From the NCBI GenBank assembly GCA_964016885.1, contig OZ024742.1, positions 58,714,001-58,778,000 on the forward strand: a stretch of DNA of 64,000 nt, read 5' to 3'. Positions 1-13,183 of this stretch are shown piece by piece (position 1 is the first letter of the stretch; the number at the start of each line of letters is the position of its first letter). A program made the position numbers and the translations under genes. The DNA is from Eledone cirrhosa. Lineage: Eukaryota. The notes under the pieces were generated by a model, which saw only the letters and a list, made by a program, of their open reading frames with translations, was not told where the DNA came from and did not search any database.

Positions 1-139
1 TATGCATGCATATAAATTGATCCACACATGCATTTGAGTGTGTAGATATCTGCCTGGTTCAAGGAAGTGCATGATGGAAACATGTTTATGTCTTTGGGGA
101 GAATAATTACAGCAAATTCAACACGTACATATACATCAG

Positions 140-1200
140 TATCTCTAAACACACACATACACACTGACCTGTCTAAACACATACATACACACTGATCTGT
201 CTAAACACATACATACACACTGACCTGTCTAAACACATACATACACACTTACCTTTCTAAACACATACATGCACACTGATTTCTCTAAATACATTATACA
301 TACACACTAGTCTCTCTATATGATACATATATACACACTGGTTTCTCTAAACACATACATACATACTAAGCTGTCTAAACACATACATGCACACTGGTTT
401 CTCTAAACACATACATGCACACTGTTTTCTCTAAACACGTATATATACACACTAATCTGCCTAAACACATACATACACACTAATGTGTCTAAACCAGGGG
501 TTCTCAACTTTTTTTTCGCTGTGGACCACCAAAATAAGTAATTTTTTCCTGTGGACCACCTAAACTTTTAAATCTTTTGTAATAGAACTGCTACTTATAA
601 GCATCAGTAGATGTTTTTTTTCAATGAATTAGAAAATGCTATTATCATGTCGCAGTGCCTAAAAATCTACGCAAATAAACAGCTGAAGTCGTACTTATGC
701 GAAGAATAAGAACAGCGCCTTAAGTCAAATGCATGGATCAAAAAAGAATTTGCTATTGAAAATTTTCTGTGGACCACCTGAATTTTCCTGTGGACCACTA
801 GTGGTCCACATGGACCAGGTTGAGAACCCCTGGTCTAAACACATACATACACACTAATCTGTCTAAACATATACACACACACTGATTTGTTTAAACACAT
901 ACATACTGGTTTCTCTAAACGCATACATACACACTAATCTGTCTAAACACACATACAGTGGTTTCTCTAAATACATACATACACACTAATCTGTTTAAAC
1001 ATACACATACTGGTTTCTCTAAACACATACATACACACTAATCTGTCTAAACACATACATACACACTAATCTGTTTAAACACACACATGCTGGTTTCTCT
1101 AAATACATGTATACACACTGATCTGGCTAAACACGTACACACACACAATTCTCTTTAGATACATACGCATACATTAGCATCTCTAAACACATACCTATTC
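140..1200. repeat. ~28-bp degenerate minisatellite (consensus ~ACACACTGATCTGTCTAAACACATACAT)
   Basis: Repeated tctaaacacatacatacacact units, interrupted by a MITE at 495-832. Confidence 0.85.
495..832. mobile_element. hAT-type MITE
   Basis: TIRs CAGGGGTTCTCAAC / GTTGAGAACCCCTG; perfect 8-bp TSD GTCTAAAC (487-494, 833-840); subterminal GTGGACCAC repeats. Confidence 0.9.
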
Positions 1201-1349
1201 ACTGACGTTTCTACATGTTTTGAACATGACATACAAATGTTAGACGAATGTTTGGTAACATTCTGAAAACATTTTCAACAGATAAACTGCAACATAATGC
1301 ATAAACAATGAACAACTTAGATAACTAACAAGATAAGTAAAAACATCCC

Positions 1350-1416
1350 ATAAAACAACCACAATAACTACTACTGTAGCAACAGCTAAAACAACAACAG
1401 CAACTACAACTGTAGC

Positions 1417-1448
<32 letters not shown>

Positions 1449-2103
1449 AAACAACAAATACAATGATAATAGCAACAACAACAGTAGCAACAACAATAGT
1501 GACATCAACAGCAACAACGATTGTAACAACAACAACAACAACAACAGTAGTAACAACAACACCCGTAGCAACAACAATAATGACAACAACAGCAACAACA
1601 GCAACAACAACATCAGTAGCAACAACAATAATGACAACAACAACTACAACAACAACCGTATTAGACTGTGTTCCAGTCGTTCGGAACAACCTGCTCGTGA
1701 AATCACCATGCAAGTGGCTGAACATTACACAGACACGTGTACCTTTAGCGCTGTTCTCAGGAAAATTCAGCGTGATACAGTTTGTGACGAGGCTGACTCT
1801 CTGAATTACAAATATTACAAATACAACTCATATTTATCTACTGAGTGAACTGGAGCAACCTGAAATAAAGTGTCTTGCTCAAGGCCACAACGCACCACTG
1901 TGAATCGAGCAACAACAACTACATCAGCCACAGCAACAATAACAACAACAATCCCAACACCAGCAACACCAGCAACAACAACTATAACAGTAGCTATAGC
2001 AACAACATGAACAGTAGACACAGCAATAGCAACAACAAAAACAACAGTAACAACTACAACAAAAGCACCCCACAAAAACTGCAACAACAGTTGCAAGGGA
2101 AAT

Positions 2104-2152
<49 letters not shown>

Positions 2153-2155
2153 TCA
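1350..2155. repeat. (CAA)n-rich low-complexity region containing a SINE
   Basis: aacaac/gcaaca repeats flank the SINE at 1665-1910. Confidence 0.85.
1665..1910 (-). mobile_element. tRNA-derived SINE, second family (CORE/V-like central domain)
   Basis: Minus strand has ccttgagcaagacacttta followed by a tail also seen near 5525-6050, 11880-12270, 27850-28195, 46410-46860, 61040-61310 and 63470-63790. Confidence 0.65.
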
Positions 2156-2444
2156 CCAATTATTTTGGCACTAACATTGGCACCGCATTGGGAATGTAAT
2201 ATCTACATCCTTTTCACAACAGGCAACAAATATTTCGTCAGTATTTCTCCTTCTTTCAAGGATATGAAAATGTCATCGCATGTTTTGAAAGATATATTAA
2301 AAATTTTTTTTAAAGTGTCAAATTCACCAAATGAAACTGTTGTAGATTTTTTTTTTTTTTTTTAAATTTTTCAGACTTTAAAACAAAATTTAAGCATATT
2401 TCCAGATATGGCCTTCGTTGGCCGTTGTATATGGTATGACTGTC

Positions 2445-2690
2445 TCTTCTTCTTCTTCTTCTTCTTCTTCTTCTTCTTCTTCTTCTTCTTCCATTGTCTG
2501 GTGATGCGGCAGCCCTTTATATTATTGTGCAACAATTCAAGGCTATAAGGTTTTTCTGTTGTTCTTAAGTTTCTCTTCAGCCGTCGAGGTCCAGACTCTT
2601 TTCCTATTACCCACTCTAAGTATCAAGTACTCTGGTGCGTTATGGTCCACTGGTCCACCTGGTATCTTACCACACCTTCTTTGTACATAT
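2445..2690 (-). mobile_element. LINE 3' end remnant with (GAA)n tail
   Basis: (CTT)n tract at 2445-2491 abuts unique sequence; same architecture as 4978-5261. Confidence 0.4.
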
Positions 2691-2869
2691 ATTTATATAT
2701 ATTCTTTATTATAGTTGAGCGGTAGTGAGTCTTATTTCTTTGGAGTTTCACTTGTGCACTCGCAGGATCAACTTGACTTAGCCATACTACTATAATAAAC
2801 AATATCTAAATTCTACTTCGGTAATGAGTACTCATTCTCACGTCTGTCAATAGCACACAGATATATATA

Positions 2870-3063
2870 TTAATTGTTTCTACTTTTGGCACAAGGCCAG
2901 CAATTATCCCAGTGCATTACTGGTACTTTATGTTATCGACCCCGTAAGGATGAAAGGCAAAGTTAGCCACGCCGGGATTTGAACTCAGAATGACAAGGGC
3001 TGTAACTCTATGCGTCAAAGCATGGCGTCCGACCCTCTACCGTTACTGCCAACCCCCCGCCCT
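2870..3063 (-). mobile_element. tRNA-derived SINE, main family (Deu/Nin-like central domain)
   Basis: A-box-like TGGCAGTAACGG, B-box GAGTTCAAATCC, central GCCTTTCATCCTTACGGGGTCGATAA, tail GGCCTTGTGCCAAAAGTAGAAACAATT. Confidence 0.85.
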
Positions 3064-3451
3064 TATCTTTCGAAAATAATGTTAGAATTTTAGGAGTAAA
3101 AAAACTTTTTCCAATAAATATGATGACATTTTAATATCTTTGAAAAAAACAAAACAAAAAAACTGCCGAAATAGTTGTTGCTTGTACAAAGAACGTACAG
3201 TGCCAATGATAAATATTACCGACTACGACGATATTGTTGTCGCTTTTGTTGTTGAGGTTGTTTTTGCTCAATTCCCAGCGGCATTTGTGGCCTTGAGTAA
3301 GCTACTTTATTACAGACTGCTACTGTTATTGCTGGTGTTGCTTTTGGTATCTCTTCGTCTATCTCGTGTTATCTAAGTTCATGTGGTGTATATGTGTGTG
3401 TGTATTTTGTATTTTTCTTTTTTAGTGTGAAAAATTTATTCATAGTATAGA

Positions 3452-3637
3452 ATAATTGTTTCTACATTTGGCATAAGGCCAGCAATTACTCAGTGCATTA
3501 CTGGTACTTTATTTTATCGACCCCGTAAGGATGAAAGGCAAAGTTAACCTCGGCAGGATTTGAACTCTGAATGGCAAGGGCCGTAACTCTATGCATCAAA
3601 GCATGGCATCCGACCTTCTACCGATACTGCCAATCCA
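3452..3637 (-). mobile_element. SINE, main family
   Basis: Same motifs as 2870-3063. Confidence 0.85.
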
Positions 3638-3809
3638 AGGAAAAAGGTAAGGGAAGGGGCAAACTATATACCCATGGATGGGTGGTATATCTCAGCTGTA
3701 CCTTGTGGACAGAATGTCAAAGGTATTGGCGTTTGTGTTGAAAGGGTTTTCAGAATGTTTGTTTGACATTTGTCTAACAGTTGTTTGTCATGTTCACCTC
3801 TTTTAAGTC

Positions 3810-4390
3810 AAACCAGTGACTATGTATGTGTTTAGAGAAATCAATATATATCTATGTATGTATCTGTTTAGACAGATTTATGTGTATGTATGTACGTGTT
3901 TAGAGAGACCAGTGTGTATGTGTTTAAACATATAAGTGAATATGCATGTGTTTAGAGAAACCTGTATGTATGTTTAGAGAGGCCAGTGTGTATGCATGTG
4001 TTAAGAGAAACTAATGTGTATGTATTTAGAGAGACTGATGTAAATGTATGTGTTTAGAGAGAGACTAATGTGTATGTTTTGAGAGACCAATGTGTATGCG
4101 TTTAGATAGACTAATGTGAATGTATGTGTTTAGAGAGACTAAAGTGTATGTATGTGTTTAAGATGACTAATATGGATGCATGTGTTTAGAGGGACCAGTG
4201 TGTATATATATATGTTTAGAGAGACACTTATGTGAATGCGTGTTTAGAAAGACTATTGTGAGTGTATGTGTTTAAGGAGACTAATATATATATGTATGTG
4301 TTTAGGAGGACCAGTGTTTATGTATATGTTTAGAGAGAGAGACTAATGTGAATGTGTGTTTAGAGACAAATATATATCTGTTTGAGAGAC
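3810..4390. repeat. Minisatellite, reverse orientation of the 140-1200 family
   Basis: Units tgtatgtgtttagagagactaatgtg are the reverse complement of the 140-1200 unit. Confidence 0.8.
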
Positions 4391-4977
4391 GAAGGTGTTA
4401 AATATATTTCAATTCAAAATGTCTGAAAAAATGAATAGAAAGCTGTAAGACGTTGTAAAACACCCACTTACATTCTGGTTACAAACTTTTATTTCTGTTT
4501 TCTTTCCTTTACATTTTGCATTCGCCGTCTCTGACGACTCGCTGGAAGAGGAAGAAATGTTATGTTAAGTTATTTTATATTATCTCATTTTGAAATCTTA
4601 TCTTACAGTGAAGTCATCTGAACATTTAAGACATACGGTATCAAGCTCATGGATCATACAGTTATGAGTTATTACAGTTAGAATAGAGTACTATTTCAGA
4701 TTTTAAAGATGAAAAGAATTTCAATATTTATATCAGGTGTCGTTAGAGCGTAGAACAAAATGTCTTGCGATATTAGTTCCGCCACTCTGCGGTTTGAGTT
4801 CAAATCCCACTGAAACCAACTTTACCTTTCAACTTTTCGGAGCTTATGAAATATTATAGCTTATCAGTCCCAGGCACTGAATCTATTGAGTCGGTAGAGT
4901 GTCACACGATATGCACTGCAGTATTTGCCCCAGATCTTTACATTTTGTGTTTTAATTCCACCGAGGTACACTTGGGT

Positions 4978-5261
4978 CGGTTTCCTAATAGGTTGATGGT
5001 TTTTCTGGGCCGGCTGTTGGCCCTCCGCAGAATAGCGGGATGATGGGGCTGCCATCTTGCCGACACGCCGTGGGTCACTGTTGGTCTGGAACCTGGTCGG
5101 CTCTACGCACGACGATGCTTTGGGATCGCTGGCTTAGGATGACCCCCATCCTCGTTAAAGAAGAAGAAGAAGAAGAAGAAGAAGAAGAAGAAGAAGAAGA
5201 AGAAGAAGAAGAAGAAGAAGAAGAAGAAGAAGAAGAAGAAGAAGAAGAAGAAGAAGAAGAA
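4978..5261 (+). mobile_element. 5'-truncated non-LTR retroelement end with (GAA)n tail
   Basis: Flanked by a 15-bp TSD GAGGT(A/T)CACTTGGGT at 4963-4977 and 5262-5276; pure GAA tail at ~5160-5261. Confidence 0.75.
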
Positions 5262-5663
5262 GAGGTTCACTTGGGTGGTAGACTTAATTTATCGCCAGTT
5301 TAACACCACCACCTGGTATTTGGATGTCTTTAGTGTAGCCCACTACACTGCTAGCATTCGGACCTGGTCAGTGGATTGTGGATACTTTCTCTCTCCTTTT
5401 CATTTGTCGCACAAATAGATCCCAAAACATAGTCATCGATGTTGTGATAGTGTTAATAATAATAAAAAATATATATTTATGAATTTCAGTTTCAGAAGAC
5501 AGTTATTGTTATTTCATCATGTGTAAACGCGTGACTGAGTGGTTAGAATGTTCGGTTCACGATCGTAAGGTCGTGAGTTGGATACCAAGTGATTTTGTCT
5601 TTTAGTAAGACATTTCATTCCCCACTGCTCCAGTTCATTCAGCTGAGTTTTACTGCAATTTAA

Positions 5664-5883
5664 CCCTTTAGCATTTACATTACTCTATATATACAATTAC
5701 ATTTTCACGGTAAAGCTTTACCTCACATAATTATCTCACATAATATCGAATCTATGGGATTTTGATTTAATATATTTTGAGAACAATACCTAAATGTAAG
5801 TAGAAGCAGCCAGTTATGGCCGGTTTGAACAAATAGAGGTGAGAGAATTCTGGCTGGATAGGGCCAGTATAAATGCTAAAGCG
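5664..5883. mobile_element. piggyBac-type MITE nested in a SINE
   Basis: TTAA-CCCTTTAGCATTTA ... TAAATGCTAAAGCG-TTAA; splits the second-family SINE spanning ~5525-6050. Confidence 0.75.
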
Positions 5884-6334
5884 TTAAAAAGCCAGCCTTG
5901 TCAAACGCTGTGTCATACTGGATGTTCCGTGAAATAAATTAAGTGTACAGGAGTTTGTAGAATTCTCAGCCACTTGCCCGTTAATTTCAATAGCAGGCTG
6001 TGCGATCAACTGGGACACTCGTGTCGGAACCGGGGAGATCGAACAATAATTGTTATTTCTTTACTTACATAGAACATGTAGGTGACTTACCCTATAAATT
6101 TGTGTATGCAGCTGCGGGTTCGATTCAAGAAACCTCCATTACACAACTGGCTACATTTTGTCCACTTTGACCAGTGTGTCCAGGCTCCTTCCACTTCACT
6201 CGTTGATCCTTCCAACTGTTGAGAGAGTTAAAAAAGATATGTCCAGTAGGTTCAGTAAACATACACATACATACATACCTACTTACCTACCTACATACAT
6301 ACCTACTTACCTACCTACATACATACATACATAC

Positions 6335-6940
6335 ATGGTGGCTGCCAACTCGTTTTCGAGTACGGCCACTACTTTATATCCATGTAGGAGAACCCCTACT
6401 GATGCACTGAACGAGTGTGACTTTTTAGTCCAGCCATCGACTTGAAAACTCTGGTACAAACACTAAACCTGTGACAATTACTGACACATAGTCCTGGGCC
6501 CATGATACCATGTGATGACAAGTGCAGAGAGATCTCCAGATATAAAGCAATGCCTGTGCCGTGAAGCTTTTATAGTGAGCAAAGGCACTGCACAAAGCCA
6601 GACCCACTCTCTTAACCAAGATGATATTTACCAAAAAGAAGAACAAGTCAACATCATTGGATACCATCAGGGTTGCAGGTGTTATATCAGAGTTTTCTTT
6701 CTCCTAGAATTCTGCCTTGACAAAGGCTAAGAGGTCATCTCTCCCGGTGATTTTGGATGGCCATTGACTCTTAAGAGCTCCTTTCCCCTTTGACAGGTTT
6801 TGTTTTTAGTCCTGCAGGATGTCCAAAGTCACCCTCCTCACCCAGAAACCTTGGTGGGGTTGCCAGTTTAGTCGCTAACGACCCGACCATGAGACAGGTT
6901 TTACCGGGATACATGTTACCAGTAGCACCAACTGGTGACC

Positions 6941-6942
<2 letters not shown>
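6335..6942 (-). mobile_element. Non-autonomous RTE-like retroelement in (TACA)n
   Basis: Closely similar to 30761-31397; minus strand has RTE-5'UTR-like CTAGGAGAAAGAAAACTCTGAT; flanked by TACA repeats. Confidence 0.65.
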
Positions 6943-6971
<29 letters not shown>

Positions 6972-7135
6972 CATACATACATACATACATACATACACAC
7001 ATACATACATGATGGGAGCTATTTATGAATAGAAAATGAATTTTCTATTCAAACCAAGAGCATTTTCTAATGAATCAATTGAAACTTGATCAGTTGAACC
7101 CCACTTTCACCATTACCACCCTACCTTCACAAAGA

Positions 7136-7199
<64 letters not shown>

Positions 7200-7200
<1 letters not shown>

Positions 7201-7869
7201 TACAGGTTAACAGAAAATTCACATATGTTCTAACTGCACACAAAATATGAGAACAAACTATAAAGCTCAGTGTGTGGTCATGCTCCTTCGTTATAGAAAT
7301 CTACGATATAGAATTTCTTCAATTGAAATTTACAATTCAGTATTCGAAATAGCTTCGATTGCGTCTTGACGCAGATAATTTTTTCAATTTCACCCACAAT
7401 TACGCAAAAAATAGATAAAACTCAATATTTTACGATTTTTCTCTCTCATTTAAACTGCTGAACTCTTTCTACTACCATTCAAAATCTATACAACTTCATA
7501 CTTTCTGCTACTTTCTCTTTCCAAGCTTGATGGTGATACTGTCCGTTCACACCACTCCCTACTGTCTTAAATTTAGAAAACACACAGACAACCATGCAGA
7601 ACAACTCCATCGCAGCTCTGTTGTTCGGCTGGCATCGTCTACGCGCGTGTTGCGCAAGTACTGTGAAACAATAAATTTCAACACTTTTTTGCACAGAGAT
7701 AATATCCATAGGCGAAACTACAATTGTCACTGCTGGCGCAGCTCATGCTTCCAGGTCTGCAATTCATTCACCCAGTGACTGGCAGACAAAAAAGTGCTGC
7801 CATAAAATGGGTGGTGCAACCTAACTTTGGTAACTTAATGACCCGAGCAACGCCGGGCTTTAATGCTAG
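7200..7869 (+). mobile_element. Helitron-like element (3' end clear, 5' end obscured by TA array)
   Basis: Hairpin CCCGAGCAACGCCGGG at 7842-7857 followed by CTAG|T at 7866-7870. Confidence 0.55.
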
Positions 7870-9277
7870 TATTTGATAAATTTGACATACCAATCGAACC
7901 GGTAATATTTGACAAAATTTCTATCCATTTGATGAAATAATTATAAAAGTATTCATTTTTGTCGGATTAAAGAAAAAAATAATCTTTAGATATATCCCTG
8001 TGCTTTTTCACTTATACCTTTTACCTATAATCTTTGATTTGCATGAAACTGCACCTCCTTTTACAACTACACACACACACACACACATACGCACACACAT
8101 CTTTATTTAAGATGGAAATGACTTCTGCATAACTAGAACTGTTCAATTCGTGTGAAATTATCATTTTGATGATTTCACACAAATGAAACAGCCCTAGTCC
8201 TGCAATTTCTATATTAAGTAAAGATGCCTATATTCTACTACAGTATTGAGTACCTTTTTTAACTGTGGCTATTTCTTAGTCCCCATCGGGAATCCAGCCA
8301 TAATTATATATGAACAAATCTCATTGTTAGAACATCCGTTAAAACAGCCAAATGCTGTCAAAGACAGCGATGGGCAAAAGTGCTCCAGAGGACAGAGACC
8401 AGCCGCCAGTGATCAACAGAGAAACAACCCACAAGGTGGGTGACAGGCAGATAAAATATAGAAAAGATTGAAAGTGGAGAAGGACAAGAAGAAATGTGCT
8501 GACGCACAGAAGTGACTGGAATAAGGAAATAAAGTTTACACACACACACACACACATCTTCGCCTACATCAGCTCTTAATCCAGCAAAATGGTTTCGCAC
8601 ATACTGTAAATCTTGCGATTTTTTATGTGAATATAAGAAGAGTACATGAGAGATATGTAGACTGAAGTGTATATATTGATATAGTCCTGAGATAACATAG
8701 AACATCGTGAATCTGAATTTCGTATCTGGACAACCTAGACAATCATAGGACGTTTCAAAATATCGACAGTATAGCAATCATTAAAATATCTTTTATCATA
8801 ACTATTCTTTATCATAGCCGGTTTCTAACATAGGCACTTTAGTTTATCGACGCTGGAACGATGAAAGGCATAGTTGACCTCACGGAATTTGAACTCAGAC
8901 TGGGCTACCGATTCTGTAGCCCAATAACAACAACAACAATAACAACGAGAACTGGATTTTCTAGAAATATCAGCTAAATTATCTCAAAATCTTACACTTC
9001 GGATATCCTCTATGTCTGAGAGAAACAAATAAAGACAGGATGTTATTGGCTGGGACTGTGAGGCCTTACAAAAGCAGTGCCAACAGCAGTAGCAGCAGCA
9101 ACAGCAGCACCAACAACAACAACCAGAACAGCACCGACAACAGTAACAACAACAATTAGAACAACAATAGTAACAACAACAGTAATAACAACATCAATCA
9201 GATTAACAACAACAGTTCACCAGATATAAGTTACAGGCTATTACGTTACTATTCTTAATAAGTAGAACAACATCAAT

Positions 9278-9354
9278 AACTACTACTACTACTACTACCA
9301 CCACCACCACCACCACCACCACCACCACCACCACCACCACCACCACCACCACCG

Positions 9355-9439
<85 letters not shown>

Positions 9440-9440
9440 C
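9278..9440. repeat. Compound (CTA)n/(CCA)n microsatellite
   Basis: Direct reading. Confidence 0.95.
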
Positions 9441-9776
9441 TTCGCCATGTCCACCAATTAGCACCAAGCCTCATTACTTTAATGAGATGTCTTCAATCTG
9501 TTTTGCTAATCAAGAGAAGACAACTTGTGTACTTAACAGTAAATCCCAAAGTATTTTTAACAGCAATGAAGGTGAATAAGTAAGCTAGTGGATTCTAAGA
9601 TATCTAATATCTACTCAACTGTCGGAAATCATACATACACATACATACATGATCGCTTCCCCCTCGTTATCGAGTATGGCCATTGCACGATATACCATTA
9701 TTAATAATTATTAATTAATTCTATTGTGCAATGTCTGTGCGTGAAGATATTTTTTAAAGTGAGGAAAGACATACAT

Positions 9777-9832
<56 letters not shown>

Positions 9833-9847
9833 TTATTAAAAAATTAT

Positions 9848-9903
<56 letters not shown>

Positions 9904-9907
<4 letters not shown>

Positions 9908-11270
9908 GAAAAGAACAAACAAAACGCAGGAAGGAATTGTACACAGTTGCATTAGGTTCCCGCTTGGTAGAAGCGGAGGAGGTTTCAACGTTTCGAACTT
10001 AAGTCTTTCATCAGGAAAGTTAAGATAGGGGGAGAACAGGAACTCTGAGAGGGAGTAAGGTGGGTTGTAAGGAGGGAAGTTAACAAGTAAAGAACACAAA
10101 ATGAAGGAAAAAATAAAAATAAATATAAAAGCAAAATAAAAAAAAAGTGAAAATAAAGGCGGTTGGAGAGGTGTATAGGTCCGAGGTAGGTGGTGGTGGG
10201 ATGGCAAGGGTGTGGTAGTGTGTATAAGGGTGGGTGGAGTGTTAGAGGGGAAGAGAGAGTGGAGGGAGAAGCAAGATAATCAGAGTCCAGGCGGGGATGG
10301 CGGAAGGTAAGGTGTGTATGTATGTGTAGATGTGAGTGTGTATGTGTATGTGTGGCTGTAAGTATGAGTGTCTGAAAGGAAGCGAGTGTATGTGAATGTT
10401 TATTCTGAAAAGACATTGTGTGTGTGTGGAAGTGGTGTCTATGTCTGTGCGTGTATATGTTCCTGTATGCGTGTTGGTGTGTATGTATGTGGATGGAGGG
10501 GTCCGGATGGGATGAGAAAGTGTGTGTGTGTGTGTGGTTGAAAAGAAGTGAATGTGTGTGGGAGTGTAGTTGGATAGCGAGTACAGACACGTGTGTGGTA
10601 TGTCTATGGGTGTTGTGGGTTAGTGTAAGGTTTGTAGTTTCGTGTGTGCGTAACTGGTGCACATGTGTGTGTGTGTGTGTGTCTATGTTTCTGTATGAGT
10701 GTTGGTGTGTGTGTGTGTGTGTGTGTGTGTGTGGATGGTAAAAATCCAGGGGTAGGCGGCGTAGATGGCATCGTGAGGTAAAGGTGGAAATGAGGAAGTG
10801 AAATGGCAGTGTGGCGCGCGCAACCGGAAGGAGTGGTCAAGTCGAAAGAGTGGGCGTTGAGGGTGGTGACCACAGAACAAGTGTATGAGAGGGAAAGGAG
10901 GAGGTAGTGTCAACAAAACAGAACAACGTGGGAGAGAGCGATTGTGGCTACTGTGTGTGCGTGAGGGAGTAGTTGGATGTGTATACAGGCAGGTGGTGGG
11001 TGGGGGATGAGGCCGAGAGTAGCGTGTGTGTATGTATGTGTGTATGGAGGTATGTGTTTGTGTGTGTATATAAAGCGTAGTGGTCCTGCGAGGAGATATT
11101 GTCGGTGTGTGTGGGACGGGCGCTGTCTAATACTGTTTTGATATGTACATATGCGTATGTAAGTGTATATACTGGTGTGTGTATTTCAGGGTGTAAGTGC
11201 GTGTGTATTTTTTGCGGTGTACGGGGGGAAAGGACTAAACCAAGGGTGGGATATGCATGTGTGTGTGTGT
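9904..11270 (-). mobile_element. Penelope-like (Neptune-type) element 3' region with C/CA-rich UTR
   Basis: Bounded by TA arrays; shares ttgaccac...gttgcgcgcgc motif and architecture with 33640-35368; hammerhead near the 3' end. Confidence 0.6.
9983..10018 (-). ncRNA. Minimal type I hammerhead ribozyme motif
   Basis: TTTC-CTGATGA-AAGAC TTAA GTTC-GAAAC-GTT-GAAA; stem I TTTC/GAAA; palindromic AACGTT stem III; the GUU triplet is suboptimal. Confidence 0.65.
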
Positions 11271-11469
11271 AGTATATATATACATTGTGTCCCCAAAAAT
11301 GTATAAAACTTCACATTTTAATAAATCTAGCCTGTATAGGTAATAAAAATGTGTATATATATATATATATGATAAAACAAGTAATTTGTATGCCTAGAAA
11401 GTTAAATAGTTTTCACCCTTCTGAAAAAAAAAGAGTTCTCACCAGCACCACCAGCACCCCCACTACTAT

Positions 11470-11541
<72 letters not shown>

Positions 11542-11607
11542 CATCACAAGAAAGTTGATTATTGATCAAGCATTTGTAAGACAATGGAATATGTGTAACA
11601 GATGGGT

Positions 11608-11790
11608 CGTATCAGTATCGGTAGAGGGTCGGGCGCCATGCTTTCCAGCATAGTTACGTCCCTTTACGGTCTGAGTTCAAATCCCGCCGAGGTTAACTTT
11701 GCCGTTCATCCTTACGGGGTTGATAAAATAAAGTACCAGTAATACACTGGGTAATTGATGGCCTTGTGCCAAATGTAGAAACAATTATTA
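11608..11790 (+). mobile_element. SINE, main family
   Basis: B-box GAGTTCAAATCC, central domain and tail. Confidence 0.85.
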
Positions 11791-13183
11791 GTAGGACTGA
11801 CAATGATCCTGGTTTCAGTGGGGGTGATGGTAGTAGTAGTAGTAGCCGTTATAGTGGCTACAAACTGAAACCAAGATTTCTAAGATCAGTGGAATAGCTA
11901 CCTCATGAAATTAGCGTGTAAGTCTTCCACAGACACGTGTAACCTTAACATAATTTTTGGAGGAATTCAGCGTGATACTGTGTGTGACAATTCTGTTCTT
12001 TTACATAACAAGTACAGTCCATTTGACGGGCTTCCGAACTGTTTCCGTCTATCAAATTTAACATATAAGGTATGTGTCAACTCGTCACGCCAGTCCACTC
12101 AACTAGCAAAAAATGAGTTATACCAGTAATTCAATGGGTCAGCTTTATCACACAGTGTCATGCTGAATCTCCTTGACAATTACGTAAAGGATGCACGTGT
12201 TTGTGAAATTCTCAGTCACTTAATTTCAGGAATAGGGTGTTCCGTTGTTCGAACAACTGGAACACTCGTCGTTCATCATCATCAACAACAACAACAACAA
12301 CTTTAAGTTATGTAATCCAACTATTTACTGCTTTTATCATCTGTACCGCCCTCGACACCAGAAAAAATACCAATCTTAAGCACCGTCTGTATTCGGTTTA
12401 AAACATATACAAACATTTTAACAAAACTCTAAAGATTTATATACATACATACACACACATATATATATATATACATACATACGCCCACATACATACACAC
12501 ATGCAAACATGCATACATACATGTATACATACACACACACTCACGCGTACATACACACATACACACACATACATATATATATGTAAATTCATACACACAT
12601 ATACTGTATAGTAAATACATAGAAAAACGACCTCACATGTATAAAAAAAGGAAATAAACCATTCTCTGAAACAAAACCCCAAAATGAATATAACAAAAAC
12701 AAACACATATAAAAACTCCACATATATAAAAATGTTTGAGTAAGTTTGTCATCTGCTCTTGAATGGCAGATGAAGTTGTGTCGTATAGAGCAGCTGAAAT
12801 ATATCAGAGTTAATGTCTCTTGTCATATTTGTCTTTGGAAAAAAAAACACCAAAAATATGGCTTTCATAGAGAATTATATAAAACACATAAAAAACAATA
12901 AAAACAAAAACAAATTATAATCTGCCTGGCGTTGATGTCAACCCATTCAAACATCTATATGTTGAGCGAACAACTGAACCTCAACGAGACTGCTCTACCT
13001 AATATAAATAGCAGTTAACTATATCTTAAATAACCATTCAAATCTGGTGATAGGCCTCGAAAATAGGTAAAATGTAGGATACCGGAGTTGGTAATAAGTT
13101 AAGAACATATGTAACTATAGGGCCCAAAGCTGGTAACAGGCCCAAGCTATATGTACATTATAGGAACCCAAAGGTAGTAATAT

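Noticed and set aside
1240-2159. Poly-T/V/L/N ORFs resembling mucin or membrane proteins
   Set aside because: (CAA)n microsatellite plus SINE; no splice or codon evidence
2870-3063. tRNA genes suggested by A/B boxes
   Set aside because: These are SINE heads with no full cloverleaf; they continue into the SINE body
4418-4565. Possible hammerheads (CTGACGACTC..GAG; GAAAGCTGTAAGACG)
   Set aside because: Core spacing and stems are too degenerate to support
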